Assembly (NCBI GenBank): GCA_035492455.1
Contig: DATJJE010000021.1
Location: 104,242-168,241 of the forward strand
DNA from: Vicinamibacterales bacterium
Lineage (GTDB): Bacteria > Acidobacteriota > Vicinamibacteria > Vicinamibacterales > UBA2999
DNA: 64,000 nt
Direction: 5' to 3'
Shown here: piece by piece, positions 51,769 to 61,700 of the stretch
Numbering within the stretch: position 1 is the stretch's first letter
How the letters are laid out: each line of letters starts with the position of its first letter
Program-made: the position numbers and the translations under genes
The notes under the pieces: generated by a model
Databases searched by the model: none
Seen by the model: the letters and a program-made list of their open reading frames with translations, nothing else
Told to the model about the DNA's origin: nothing

Positions 51769-51882
51769 ATGTCGTTAGGGTGGACTGTTGTCCTCGTCAA
51801 TTTCGGCATCATCATCGTCGTCTACGTGCTCGGCAAACTGATCGACTCCGCCGCCGAGCGATACGACTCGCATCGCGAGTAG
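51769..51882 (+). CDS. candidate 37-aa single-TM small protein
   Basis: ATG 51769 is preceded by GGAAGGA (51751-51757). The product is MSLGWTVVLVNFGIIIVVYVLGKLIDSAAERYDSHRE: one hydrophobic helix plus a charged tail. It falls below the ORF-track length cutoff. Confidence 0.35.
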   Translation: MSLGWTVVLVNFGIIIVVYVLGKLIDSAAERYDSHRE

Positions 51883-51905
51883 TTGCGCCTCGAGTGGTGA
51901 CGCCG

Positions 51906-52694
51906 ATGTTTTCCGCCGGCGAATCCTACGAACGGTTCATGGGCCGATGGAGCCGCGCGGTTGCGCAGCTGCTCGTTCCATTTGCAGGCCTTCGCGATGG
52001 CGAGGCCGTGCTCGACGTCGGCTGCGGCACCGGCGCGCTTACCGACGCGATCGCGGCGTCCGCCCCGACCAGCCGCATCGCAGCCATCGACCGGTCGGAG
52101 CCCTTCATCGCAGCGGCCCGGGCGACGCACTTCGATCCACGTCTGCGTTTCGAGATCGGCGACGCACAGCAACTGCCATTCGAAGAGGCGAGCTTCGATC
52201 GCACGCTCTCCCTGTTTATCCTCAACTTCGTCGCCGACCCCGACACGGCGATACGCGAAATGATGCGGGTGACGCGGCCGGGAGGCACCGTCACGTGCGC
52301 GGTGTGGGACTACAGCGAGGGCATGCAGATGCTGTGCAGGTTCTGGGAAGACGCGGTGGCGCTCGATCCGGCAGCGGTGCCGCGCGACGAACGGCGGATG
52401 CCGCTCTGCCGCAGAGGCGAGCTGACGTCGCTCTTTCGTCGGCACGACTTCGCGGAGATCGATGAGGCCGCATTGACGATCCAGATGCGGTTCTCTTCCT
52501 TCGACGACTACTGGTCGCCATTTCTCGAAAACCAGGGGCCGGCCGGCGTGTACGTCTCTCAGCTGGATGAAGCTGCGCGCGAGCGGCTACGGCTGCGCCT
52601 GCGCCGACGCGCTCTCGCCGACGGCGCTGACAGGCCATTCGAACTCAGTGCCCGCGCCTGGGCGGTGCGTGGCCGGCTGTGGGCGGCCAACTAG
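51906..52694 (+). CDS. class I SAM-dependent methyltransferase
   Basis: ATG 51906. Motif I is [12 protein letters not shown], followed by the acidic-loop and post-I/II patterns ([21 protein letters not shown]). Confidence 0.85.
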   Translation: MFSAGESYERFMGRWSRAVAQLLVPFAGLRDGEAVLDVGCGTGALTDAIAASAPTSRIAAIDRSEPFIAAARATHFDPRLRFEIGDAQQLPFEEASFDRTLSLFILNFVADPDTAIREMMRVTRPGGTVTCAVWDYSEGMQMLCRFWEDAVALDPAAVPRDERRMPLCRRGELTSLFRRHDFAEIDEAALTIQMRFSSFDDYWSPFLENQGPAGVYVSQLDEAARERLRLRLRRRALADGADRPFELSARAWAVRGRLWAAN

Positions 52695-53915
52695 TGCCGC
52701 AACGAGTCCGCACACCGCCGCGAACGACAGCCATAGCCCGGGCACTGCGCGATTGCCCGTCATCTGAATCAGATAGGTGCTGATTGCGGGCGTGAAGCCG
52801 CCGAAGATTGCAGTCGCAAGGCTGTACGCCAGCGAGAATCCAGCGGTGCGAACTTCCACCGGCATGATCTCCGTCAGGAACACCACCATCGCGCCGTTGT
52901 AGCAGCCGTAGAGAAACGACAGCCAGAGTTCGACTGCGAGCAGCTTCCAGAATGTGGGCCCATCGACGAGCCACCGCATCGCCGGATATGCCGTGGTGAG
53001 CATCAGCAGCGTGCAGGCGATGAGCAGCGGCTTTCGGCCTGCTCGATCAGACAAGGCGCCAGACACGGGCAGCCAGAACAGATTCGACGCGCCCACGCAG
53101 AGCGTCACGATCAAGCTGTCGCCGCTTGTCAGCTTCAACACCGCGCTGCCGAATGTCGGCGTGTAGGCGGTAATCATGTAGAACGACACCGTGGTCATCG
53201 TCACCATGAGGGTTCCGACGATCACCAGCGCCCAGTTCGACGCGAGCGAGCGCAGCACCTCTGATGCAGCAGGACGCCGTGCCCGAGCGAGGAACTCATC
53301 GGTCTCCTCGAGCGATCGGCGGAGGCGTACGAGAAACGGAATGATGGCGCAGCCGACGAGCAGGGGCACGCGCCAACCCCACGCGGCCATCGATGCCGGT
53401 GCGAGCGTCTGGTTCAGAATCACGCCGAGCAGCGCCGCGAACATGACAGCCATCTGCTGGCTTGCCGACTGCCAGCTGACGTAAAACCCTTTGTGTCCCG
53501 GCGTCGCGATCTCCGAGAGGTAAACGGAGACGCCGCCGAGCTCCATCCCTGCGGAGAATCCCTGCAGCAACCGTCCGGCGAGCACGAGCAGCGGCGCCAG
53601 CAGACCGATCGTTGCGTAGCCGGGGGTGAACGCGATGGTGACGATGCCCACAGACATCAGGGCGAGGGTCAGCACCAGGCCGGCGCGGCGGCCATGCTTG
53701 TCGGTGTAGGCGCCGAGCACGAGCGCGCCGAGCGGGCGCATCAAGAAACCCGCGCCGAACGTCATCAACGAGAGCATCAGCGACGCGAACTCGTTGCCGC
53801 TCGGGAAAAACGCCCGGCCGATCGCCGAGGCGTAGTAGCCGAAGACCATGAAGTCGTACATCTCCAGGAAATTGCCGCTGGAGACGCGAATCACCGCCCT
53901 GACCTGCCGATTCAC
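52587..53915 (-). CDS. MFS transporter, metabolite:H+ symporter family (CitA/TcuC/KgtP-like)
   Basis: 442 aa with 12 TM-like segments. The N-terminus is [27 protein letters not shown]...DKHGRRAGL. The 3' end overlaps the convergent methyltransferase gene by about 108 nt. Confidence 0.85.
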   Translation of the reverse strand: MNRQVRAVIRVSSGNFLEMYDFMVFGYYASAIGRAFFPSGNEFASLMLSLMTFGAGFLMRPLGALVLGAYTDKHGRRAGLVLTLALMSVGIVTIAFTPGYATIGLLAPLLVLAGRLLQGFSAGMELGGVSVYLSEIATPGHKGFYVSWQSASQQMAVMFAALLGVILNQTLAPASMAAWGWRVPLLVGCAIIPFLVRLRRSLEETDEFLARARRPAASEVLRSLASNWALVIVGTLMVTMTTVSFYMITAYTPTFGSAVLKLTSGDSLIVTLCVGASNLFWLPVSGALSDRAGRKPLLIACTLLMLTTAYPAMRWLVDGPTFWKLLAVELWLSFLYGCYNGAMVVFLTEIMPVEVRTAGFSLAYSLATAIFGGFTPAISTYLIQMTGNRAVPGLWLSFAAVCGLVAALVGRPQPATHRPGAGTEFEWPVSAVGESASAQAQP

Positions 53916-53997
53916 ACGGGCGATCCTATCGCGGTTAGGCGTAATATCTGCTGGCCAGCCGTAGCTTCAGCGAAGGCGGGCCGGGCAAGGAGAACGT

Positions 53998-54648
53998 ATG
54001 CGATTGGTTACGGCAGCATTGATTGTACTGTTCGCGGCGCCGTCGTTCGCTCAGGAGTGGGTCGAATATTACAGCCGTGAGGATCGCTTCCTGGTGAACT
54101 TTCCAAAGCAGCCGCAGGTAAAGACCATCACCTATCGCACTGAGTACGGGCTCGACCTGCCGGCGCATGTGCACGCCTACGACGAAGGATCGGCGCACTA
54201 TTCCGTGACCGTCGTCGACTACAACGACGTCGTGAAGATGCACGGCGAGCGCGTGAAGGGATGCACGCTCTATCCGGACCAGTGCACCAATCAGGGGCAG
54301 AACGAGCTGCACGGCGCACTCGATTATGCGGCCTGGAACTTCATCAAGCGCGATGCAAAGGTGACCTATTACGGTTACGCGAACAGCGATCGCATCGAAG
54401 GGCGCCGCGTGCAACTGGCCAATCCCGACAAATCAAAGACGTTCGCGGCGATCTACATGCACGAGAATCGGCTCTACATCACCGAGGCAACGGTAGCCGG
54501 CAATGCGGCGCCGCCGGCGCTGTTTTACCAGTCGATGGGATTTCTGGACAAGGACGGCGTCCGTGTTCGCTACAAGACGCCGTACTCGAATGTGTATCCC
54601 GCACCGGAGCGCGAGCCCGGCGGTCCGAATCGCCCGATGGGCTGTTAA
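53998..54648 (+). CDS. secreted hypothetical protein
   Basis: RBS AAGGAGAA. Signal peptide is MRLVTAALIVLFAAPSFAQ. I recognise no family. Confidence 0.6.
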   Translation: MRLVTAALIVLFAAPSFAQEWVEYYSREDRFLVNFPKQPQVKTITYRTEYGLDLPAHVHAYDEGSAHYSVTVVDYNDVVKMHGERVKGCTLYPDQCTNQGQNELHGALDYAAWNFIKRDAKVTYYGYANSDRIEGRRVQLANPDKSKTFAAIYMHENRLYITEATVAGNAAPPALFYQSMGFLDKDGVRVRYKTPYSNVYPAPEREPGGPNRPMGC

Positions 54649-55599
54649 CTATTTCCCGGGTCCATTCCCGGCGCCAGTACCGGGTCGGAAACCGCCTGCA
54701 GATCCGTACTGGTTGTCCTCGTTGCAGATGAACTCCATCAAGTCGCCCGTTCCGGTGGTGCGATCCGGACGCATCAGGCGCGACTTGAACTGCAGCTTCA
54801 CCGGATGCGCCAGCGCGCCCGCATCCTCGAGCGTCACATCGTTGATCAACGTACCGTAGTTCGGACGCGTGTAGCGCTCGACGATGTGGAGCTGCTCGGT
54901 GTGCGGGGTGCCGCGGCGATCGAACCAGAATTTGTCATTGAAGCCGACGGTGTCGACGACGAGCGCGTCGCCGTCCCAGCGGCCGATCGAATGTCCCAGC
55001 CACGAGGGAATGAGTCCTTCAGGATGCTTGCGGCCGTCCATGAACACCACCCGATGCGCGCCGTCGTCCATCAGCTCGTGCAGGATGAAGATGTGCGTGA
55101 GCCCTTTCTCCGTGTACGACATCGCGAATTTCCACGGGTACGGATTCGTCCGTAGCACGCTCATCGGCAGGCAGGCCGTGTAGGGATCGTCCTGTGACTT
55201 CCGCTTGTCGCGCAGCTCCTTCGCCCACGGCAGCAGCGGCAGCTCGCCGGTTTTGAGGCCGCCGTCACGCTCGATGTCGGCGATGGCACCTCCGCCCACC
55301 CACGGGCCGGTGAAATCGACGTGACCATCAGGCAGCCGCGGCACCGGTTTGCTGTTGGCATCAGCATCGGAAATGACCGGCGTGCCAGGGTTGATGAACA
55401 CGACGCCGCCCTCGTTCGTCCTGCCGCTGGGCGAGGGTTGTCCTTGCGTTACGTCGCCGCCCTGCGCATCGCCGCCGGGGCGCTGCGCCTGCATCGTGGC
55501 CGTTGGCAGAAGCGCCGCTGCGATTGCGATGACAACAATTTGTCTCACGGACAAACCTTTCGAGAATTGCAGGATTATACCGGGGAAGAACACCCTCAT
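54649..55599 (-). CDS. secreted hypothetical protein, W-E-G-x-T-L-V-V family (short subtype)
   Basis: Motifs are DGHVDFTGPW, ACLPMSV, MDGRKHP, SIGRWDGDALVVDTVGFNDKFWFDRRGTPHTEQLHIVERYTR and FICNED. The ATG at 55599 overlaps the divergent GNAT start. GTG 55548 (VRQIVVIAIAAALLPTATMQAQ) is an alternative start. Confidence 0.75.
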   Translation of the reverse strand: MRVFFPGIILQFSKGLSVRQIVVIAIAAALLPTATMQAQRPGGDAQGGDVTQGQPSPSGRTNEGGVVFINPGTPVISDADANSKPVPRLPDGHVDFTGPWVGGGAIADIERDGGLKTGELPLLPWAKELRDKRKSQDDPYTACLPMSVLRTNPYPWKFAMSYTEKGLTHIFILHELMDDGAHRVVFMDGRKHPEGLIPSWLGHSIGRWDGDALVVDTVGFNDKFWFDRRGTPHTEQLHIVERYTRPNYGTLINDVTLEDAGALAHPVKLQFKSRLMRPDRTTGTGDLMEFICNEDNQYGSAGGFRPGTGAGNGPGK

Positions 55600-56122
55600 G
55601 CCGTTCGAGCTACAACCAACCTTGACCGGTACGCTGGTCGAACTGCGGCCGCTGCACGTCGATGACTATGACGATTTGTACGCAGTAGCCGCAGATCCGC
55701 TCATCTGGGAACAGCATCCGAACAGCGACCGGTACAAGCCGGCAGTATTCCAGCAGTTCTTTCGCGAGGCGATGGAATCACGCGGCGCCTTCGTGGTGAT
55801 GGATCGCGCGACCGGGCGCATCATCGGCTCGTCGCGTTACTTCGGTTACGACGAGCAACGCAGTCAGATCGAGATCGGCTGGACGTTTCTGGCGCGCGCC
55901 TACTGGGGCGGCGTCTACAACCGCGAAGTGAAGCGGCTGATGCTGCGTCACGCGTTTCAATTCGTCGACTGTGTCATGTTCCGCGTCGGGCCGGACAACC
56001 ATCGCTCGCAGCGGGCGATGGAAAAGATTGGCGGCGTCCGGCTACCTGGTCTCCAGTTTGCGCGCGGACATGACGCCGTCGTGTTTCAGATAACAAAGTC
56101 CAATGCGCATTTTCCAGATTGA
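55598..56122 (+). CDS. GNAT family N-acetyltransferase
   Basis: ATG 55598. The 174-aa product has LRPLHVDDYDDLYAVAADPLIWEQ and a core QIEIGWTFLARAYWGGVYNREVKRLMLRHAF typical of RimJ/RimL-like GNATs. Confidence 0.8.
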   Translation: MPFELQPTLTGTLVELRPLHVDDYDDLYAVAADPLIWEQHPNSDRYKPAVFQQFFREAMESRGAFVVMDRATGRIIGSSRYFGYDEQRSQIEIGWTFLARAYWGGVYNREVKRLMLRHAFQFVDCVMFRVGPDNHRSQRAMEKIGGVRLPGLQFARGHDAVVFQITKSNAHFPD

Positions 56123-56888
56123 CGCGTTCACCGAGGCGGCGTTCAAAGGCAATCCCGCGGGCGTGTGTCTGCTCGAGCGCGATGTCGACGAAACGTGGAT
56201 GCAGAACGTCGCCGCGGAGATGAATCTCTCCGAAACCGCGTTCGTCGGCCGTACCGCCGACGGCTGGTCGCTGCGCTGGTTCACGCCGACGGTCGAAGTC
56301 GCGCTGTGCGGACACGCCACGCTGGCGACCGCGCATGCCCTGCTCGAAGAGCGGCTGCTGTCGGCCGGCGACACCGCACGGTTCCACACAAAGAGCGGTC
56401 TGCTGACCACGACGCAGGCAGGGGACTTGATCGAGATGGATTTCCCCGCGAAGGTGGCGCAGCCCTCGGCGCCGCCGGAAGGATTGATCGAAGGTCTGGG
56501 CACGCAGCCGGTGCGCGTCTCGCGCAACGAGTTCGATTACCTCGTCGAGATGGCGAGCGAAGAGGACGTCCGCTCGTTGACACCCGACCACGCGTTCCTG
56601 CGACGTCTGCCGGTACGCGGCGTCATCGTCACGAGCCGTGCCTCGACGCCAGGCTTCGACTTCGTATCGCGGTTTTTCGCGCCAGGCTCGGGCGTCGATG
56701 AGGACCCGGTCACCGGTTCCGCACACTGCGCGCTCGGCCCCTATTGGGCGCCGCGCATCGGCAAGACCAACCTTATGGCTTACCAGGCGTCACCGCGCGG
56801 CGGTGTTCTGCGCGTGACCGTCGCCGGAGATCGCGTCAAGCTCGCCGGCCGCGCCGTAACGGTGTTTCGCGGCGAGCTGAGAGTATGA
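56103..56888 (+). CDS. PhzF family isomerase-like protein
   Basis: MRIFQIDAFTEAAFKGNPAGVCLL...NLSETAFV...RWFTPTVEVALCGHATLATAHAL...VTGSAHCALGPYW. Confidence 0.9.
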   Translation: MRIFQIDAFTEAAFKGNPAGVCLLERDVDETWMQNVAAEMNLSETAFVGRTADGWSLRWFTPTVEVALCGHATLATAHALLEERLLSAGDTARFHTKSGLLTTTQAGDLIEMDFPAKVAQPSAPPEGLIEGLGTQPVRVSRNEFDYLVEMASEEDVRSLTPDHAFLRRLPVRGVIVTSRASTPGFDFVSRFFAPGSGVDEDPVTGSAHCALGPYWAPRIGKTNLMAYQASPRGGVLRVTVAGDRVKLAGRAVTVFRGELRV

Positions 56889-56894
56889 CCGCGC

Positions 56895-58721
56895 CTAGGA
56901 GTTCTTCAGCGGAGCTTTGACGCGGACCGTGGTTCCCTGCTGCAGACCGGTCACAATGTCGAGGCTGCCGCCGACGACATGTACCCGCTCTTGCATCGTG
57001 ACGAGCCCGAGACCGCTTCCGTCTTGATTGACTTCGTCCACGTTGAAACCGTGCCCGTCGTCGGTGATCGTCATCTCCAGCTCACCGGCTGAAGTCGTGA
57101 GTGTGACCGCCATTTGGTGCGCTTTGCCATGTACCACGGCGTTGCGGAGCGACTCCTGAACGATTCGAAAGAAACAGACGGCGACGTCCGGACGCACGTG
57201 CCGCGAATCGCCCACCGCGGTGAATGTCACGCGCACGCCGTGGTGGACTGCGACTTCGGCGCAGAGTGTCTTGAGGGCGGGCGCGAGCCCCAGCAACCGC
57301 AGCGAGTCCGGATGCAATTCATGTGAGAGTCGGCGGACGGCGTCGAAGAGTATCCGCGTATCACCGGCGAGCTGTGCGAAATCGCGTTGCACGGCTCTGT
57401 TTTGAATGCTCCCTGACGAGGCCCGCAGACGATCGATCATCGTCGACACCATCGCCAGCCGCTGACAGATGTCGTCGTGCAGGTCGTGGGCAAGGCTCGC
57501 CCGTGCGGTCTCCTGCGCGTCGATGAGCCGTCCGGCCAACTGTCGGATGCGGTCGTAACTCGTTTGCAACGTCGCCTCGCGCGCGCGTACGGTTCCCTCC
57601 GCGACGCGCCGCCCGGTCCGCTGGGTCAGAAGTCCGACGATGAGCAGCAGCTGCACGCCGACCACAGCAATCGCGCTGACGATGTATCGCCTGTAAGATT
57701 CCCACGCCGTCGGCGTCCTGAACAGAATTCGCGATTCGGGCGGAAGTCTCGAAGGGTCAATTCCCCAGCGTTTCACCTGGCGCCAGTCGAACATGGGCGC
57801 CGTCATCACGGGGGTAATCGGTATGTCCTCCGGTGGTGTGCCATCGAGTATCTGACGCGCGATTTCTCCAAGCCGTGCTCCGGCCGCGTCCCCGCTGCGG
57901 ATCACGCCTCCGACGACGCCGCTGCCAATGTAGAGATCGGACACGCCATAGATCGGCGCTCGTGCGACGTCGGCCATCATATGGGCGATGTCGCCCGGAT
58001 ACACGTTAGGAACCGGCTCGTCCGGCGCATAACGCGTGTAGAGGATTACGCTCTGCGGCGGAATCGCCTTGACAGCGGAGAGGAGCTCTGGGACGGTTCG
58101 TTTCTTGACATATGTGAGCTCGACACGGTTGGCGAATGGACTTAGTGCCGACTGCAGCTTTTCGTCATATCCCACCACCGTTGGCGCTTGAGCGACGACG
58201 AATACACGTGTCGTGCTGGGGTGTAGCTTCAACGCGAGTTCCAGCGTTTCGCTGAAGGGCGTGTCGTTCAACACACCCGTGATACCGCGCGCCGTACGAT
58301 CGACGACGGCCTGCGGTAGTGCGACGGCAAGAAACACGATTGGGACATCGGGGAACAATTCATCCCGGTAGCGAACTGCAAACTGCAGCGCCGCGGACGC
58401 CACCGCGATCACGACGTCAACGTGGCGGCCTTCGTATTTGCGCAGGATGTAGTCCCGCAGCGCCTTCGATGCTTTTTCTGCCGGGAACTCCTCCGTCTCC
58501 AGGTACTCCGCAAAATAGTTCACAGGCGCGTCGGTCGGCCCCAACAGCACACGTCGGATCGCCGCGTCGAGACGTTCAGACGACGGATCGCTTTCGGAGC
58601 CCCAATGAATAGTCAGAACGGTTCGACCAGGGTGACGCACCTGAGCCGAAGCTGCAGGACACACGGAGCCGAAGACGATGGCGACCATCGCCAGGCGTCG
58701 CGCGCCGGTGTGTCCATGCAT
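56895..58721 (-). CDS. sensor histidine kinase (HisKA_3 type) with a periplasmic solute-binding-like domain; paralog of 30557-32371
   Basis: The ATG at 58721 directly abuts the TGA (58722-58724) of the upstream receptor gene. The architecture matches the other kinase. The H-box is ARASLAHDLHDDICQRLAMV, and the ATPase motifs are QESLRNAVVHG, DDGHGF and GLGLVTMQERV. No response regulator is adjacent. Confidence 0.85.
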   Translation of the reverse strand: MHGHTGARRLAMVAIVFGSVCPAASAQVRHPGRTVLTIHWGSESDPSSERLDAAIRRVLLGPTDAPVNYFAEYLETEEFPAEKASKALRDYILRKYEGRHVDVVIAVASAALQFAVRYRDELFPDVPIVFLAVALPQAVVDRTARGITGVLNDTPFSETLELALKLHPSTTRVFVVAQAPTVVGYDEKLQSALSPFANRVELTYVKKRTVPELLSAVKAIPPQSVILYTRYAPDEPVPNVYPGDIAHMMADVARAPIYGVSDLYIGSGVVGGVIRSGDAAGARLGEIARQILDGTPPEDIPITPVMTAPMFDWRQVKRWGIDPSRLPPESRILFRTPTAWESYRRYIVSAIAVVGVQLLLIVGLLTQRTGRRVAEGTVRAREATLQTSYDRIRQLAGRLIDAQETARASLAHDLHDDICQRLAMVSTMIDRLRASSGSIQNRAVQRDFAQLAGDTRILFDAVRRLSHELHPDSLRLLGLAPALKTLCAEVAVHHGVRVTFTAVGDSRHVRPDVAVCFFRIVQESLRNAVVHGKAHQMAVTLTTSAGELEMTITDDGHGFNVDEVNQDGSGLGLVTMQERVHVVGGSLDIVTGLQQGTTVRVKAPLKNS

Positions 58722-61700
58722 TCAGAACGACAGCTTTGCCGCCAGCTGAACCTGCCGCGACGAGCCAGCTTCGCCGGTGGGAAGACGGGTCCGCGAGATC
58801 TTGCCGAACATCGGCGTGCCCACCACGTTTCCGGGTGAACCGAAGTTCGCGTGGTTGAACAGATCAAAGGCGTCGACGCGCAGCTGCAGAGAATGATCCG
58901 CTCCCACAGAGACTTTCTTCACCACCGACAAGTCGGTGTTGATGAATGATGGGCCGATCACCGTGTTGCGGCGAAGATTGCCGAACCCGTTGCCGGCCGC
59001 AAACGACGACGGATCGAACCAGCGATCCACCGATCCGATGGTTCGCACAGGAGCGATCACATTCGGACGCACGGTGTTCGGAACGCCGTTGAGCGTGCTG
59101 TTGCTCGTGACGATGTTGACAGGGTTCCCGCTCTGCGCCTGAACGATGGTGGCGAGCTGCCATCCGCGCGTGAGTGCATGGCCGGCAAAGGGCAGATCGT
59201 ACATGGCGCTGATCACGAATCGATGGCGCGCGTCGAAGTCGGATAACCCGTACTCGCCGGCGATGTCGTAGCCGTTCTGCACGGCGAAGCCCGATGAATT
59301 CAGGGAATTGGTGTCGAGCGATTTGGACAGCGTATACGACGCGTCGAAGACCAGCCCGCGGGACAATCGTTTGGTCGCCGACACCCATAATCCGTTGTAG
59401 CTCGAAAATCCGCTGCTTTCGACCTGCGTGATCGCGCCAAGCGGCTCGCCCGGTCGAATCGGACTCGACGCGTCGACGGACGGGAACGGAACGCCGCCGT
59501 CGATCGGTTGATTGATGTTGCGGGAGATTCGCAGATGCGCGCCGCGCGAACCGAAGTAGCCGACTGTCGCCGAGAGATCGCGGGCGAGTTGTCGCTGGAT
59601 GTTCACGTTCCACGCTCGCAGCGACGCGTTGCGAAAGCGCGGATCAATCGTCACCGGCGCCAGACGAATCGGCTGCGCCGCATTGACGCCGTCGCGCAGT
59701 GCAATCGAACCGGTGGCAGTCAGCGGTGTCGCGAACGGCGGGTTGCCCGCCGTGTCGCGCACGGCCGTCGTGCTCGGCTGATCGACGGCCAGTCCATACG
59801 CACCTCGGATGACGGTAAGACTGTCTCCCCATGGCGCCCAGGCGAGGCCGAGCCGCGGTTCGAAGTTCCGATTGTTCTGCCGATAAATTCTCGCCACGTC
59901 CACGCCGACACGGACCAGTGACGCCGTCGGTGCGTCGAACACGACGAACTGGTTGTCGCGCTCTGTCGGCGTGACGTGCCATTCGTATCGAAGCCCGATA
60001 TCGAGCGTCAGGTTCGCACCGATGCGGACGGCGTCCTGCGCGAAGAACGAAACAGCGTCCTCGGTGATGTGGCTCCAGCGCCGGTTGAGCGTGATGTTGA
60101 ACGCGTTTGCCGTGCCACTGAGGAATGCCGCCATGCTCGGGAAGTTGAACTGCCCGGTACCCTCCGCGAAATTGTTGTTGAGGAAGCGTCGATACTCTCC
60201 GCCGAATCGCAGCGAGTGCCGGTCGACGATGTGCGTGACCGTATCGTTGAAAACGTAGAGCGTGTCTTTCCGTCCCTGCGGCAGTGTCGCCGGCCCGCCG
60301 AAGGTGAGCGCGCCGGCGACGATCATCTGCGGCAACCCAATCGGGCGGTTGACGCCGTTCGCGATGCCGAAATCCTGCGGGTTGAGTGCGGCCGACGGAA
60401 GCGTGTGCCCGTCCTGCGCCGTTTGACCGAACCGTGCTTCGTTCAGCAGCGCGGCACCGAACGTGTGAGTCTCGTTCACGGTGAAGGTGCTCTTCCAGAT
60501 GCCGCGCGTCTGGCCGAATCCTGGCACATTCGTCCCCGCCGACGCGGGTTCGCGACCCCTGATCTGTTGACGACCCATGAATACCTGCAGGCGATCTGCC
60601 GCTCCGACGTTGTGCCGTACGTCCGCGGTCCAGGTGTTCTCATGCACGATTGCCAGACCGGCGCCGACAAACCGCGGTACGCCGTCGGCGTCGAAGTAAT
60701 TCGCGCGGGGAATCAGCGGCAGCAGCCGTGCAATCGCAGGGTCGGTGACCGCCGCTCGTTGCACATCACCGGGAACCACGGCCTGCAGATCGAGTTGCTG
60801 CCGCTGCCGCAGACCTTCGTATGTCGCAAAGAAGAACGTGCGGCCGCGGATGATGGGACCACCAACGGATCCTCCAAGCTGATGGCGCTTGAACGGATGC
60901 GGATGCGACGACGTGAATTCGAAGAAGTTTCGTGCATCGAGTGCGTCGTCGCGAAAGAACTCGTACGCCTCGCCGCGAAACTGATCGGTGCCCGATCGGC
61001 TAATCAGATTGAGCACCGCCCCGGACACATGTCCGTATTCCGCACGGAACGTCGAGTTGTCGACCTTGAACTCCTCGATGCTGGCGATGGGCGGCGGAAA
61101 ACCTATCGAGCCGAAGGTAAGATTGTTGGTGGTGACGCCGTTCACGATATAGGCAACAGCTTCCTCGCGATTACCGGCGGTATTGAACGCCAGCGCTCCA
61201 GTTCCACGAACCGGCGTCGTCGAAAAACCGGTCTGTGAGGGCGCGAGCGACCCAGGCAGGAGCGGTCCGAGATCGACAAAGTGGCGGCCATTCAGCGGTG
61301 CGCCACGGATTGTCTGGGGCGACACGATGTGCCCGACGGTGCTTGTCGCCTGATCGAGGAGAGGGAGCTCCGCGGTGACAATGACCGCTTCACCGCGCCC
61401 CCCGAGGTTCAGATGGAAATCGCGCACGAGCGTGCGACCGACCTCGAACGTCAGATCTTCGATGATCTCGCGTCGGAAACCATCGGCTGATGCCGTCACT
61501 TGATACGAGCCCGCGGGGATGGCGTGAACGTGGTAGCGGCCTTCCGCATCGGTGGAGACCGTCGTGACGAAACCCGCCTCGGGATTCTCGACGGTGATCG
61601 ATGCACTTTGCAGCGCCGCTCCGGAAGCATCCACCACACGGCCTTGAAGGGCTGCCAGGGTTTGCGCGCTGACGACAGCGGCGGTACCCAGCGGAAGAAC

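Noticed and set aside
59976-61238. 420-aa plus-strand ORF, and 58864-59613 (-, alternative frame)
   Set aside because: Both are shadow frames of the TonB-dependent receptor gene.
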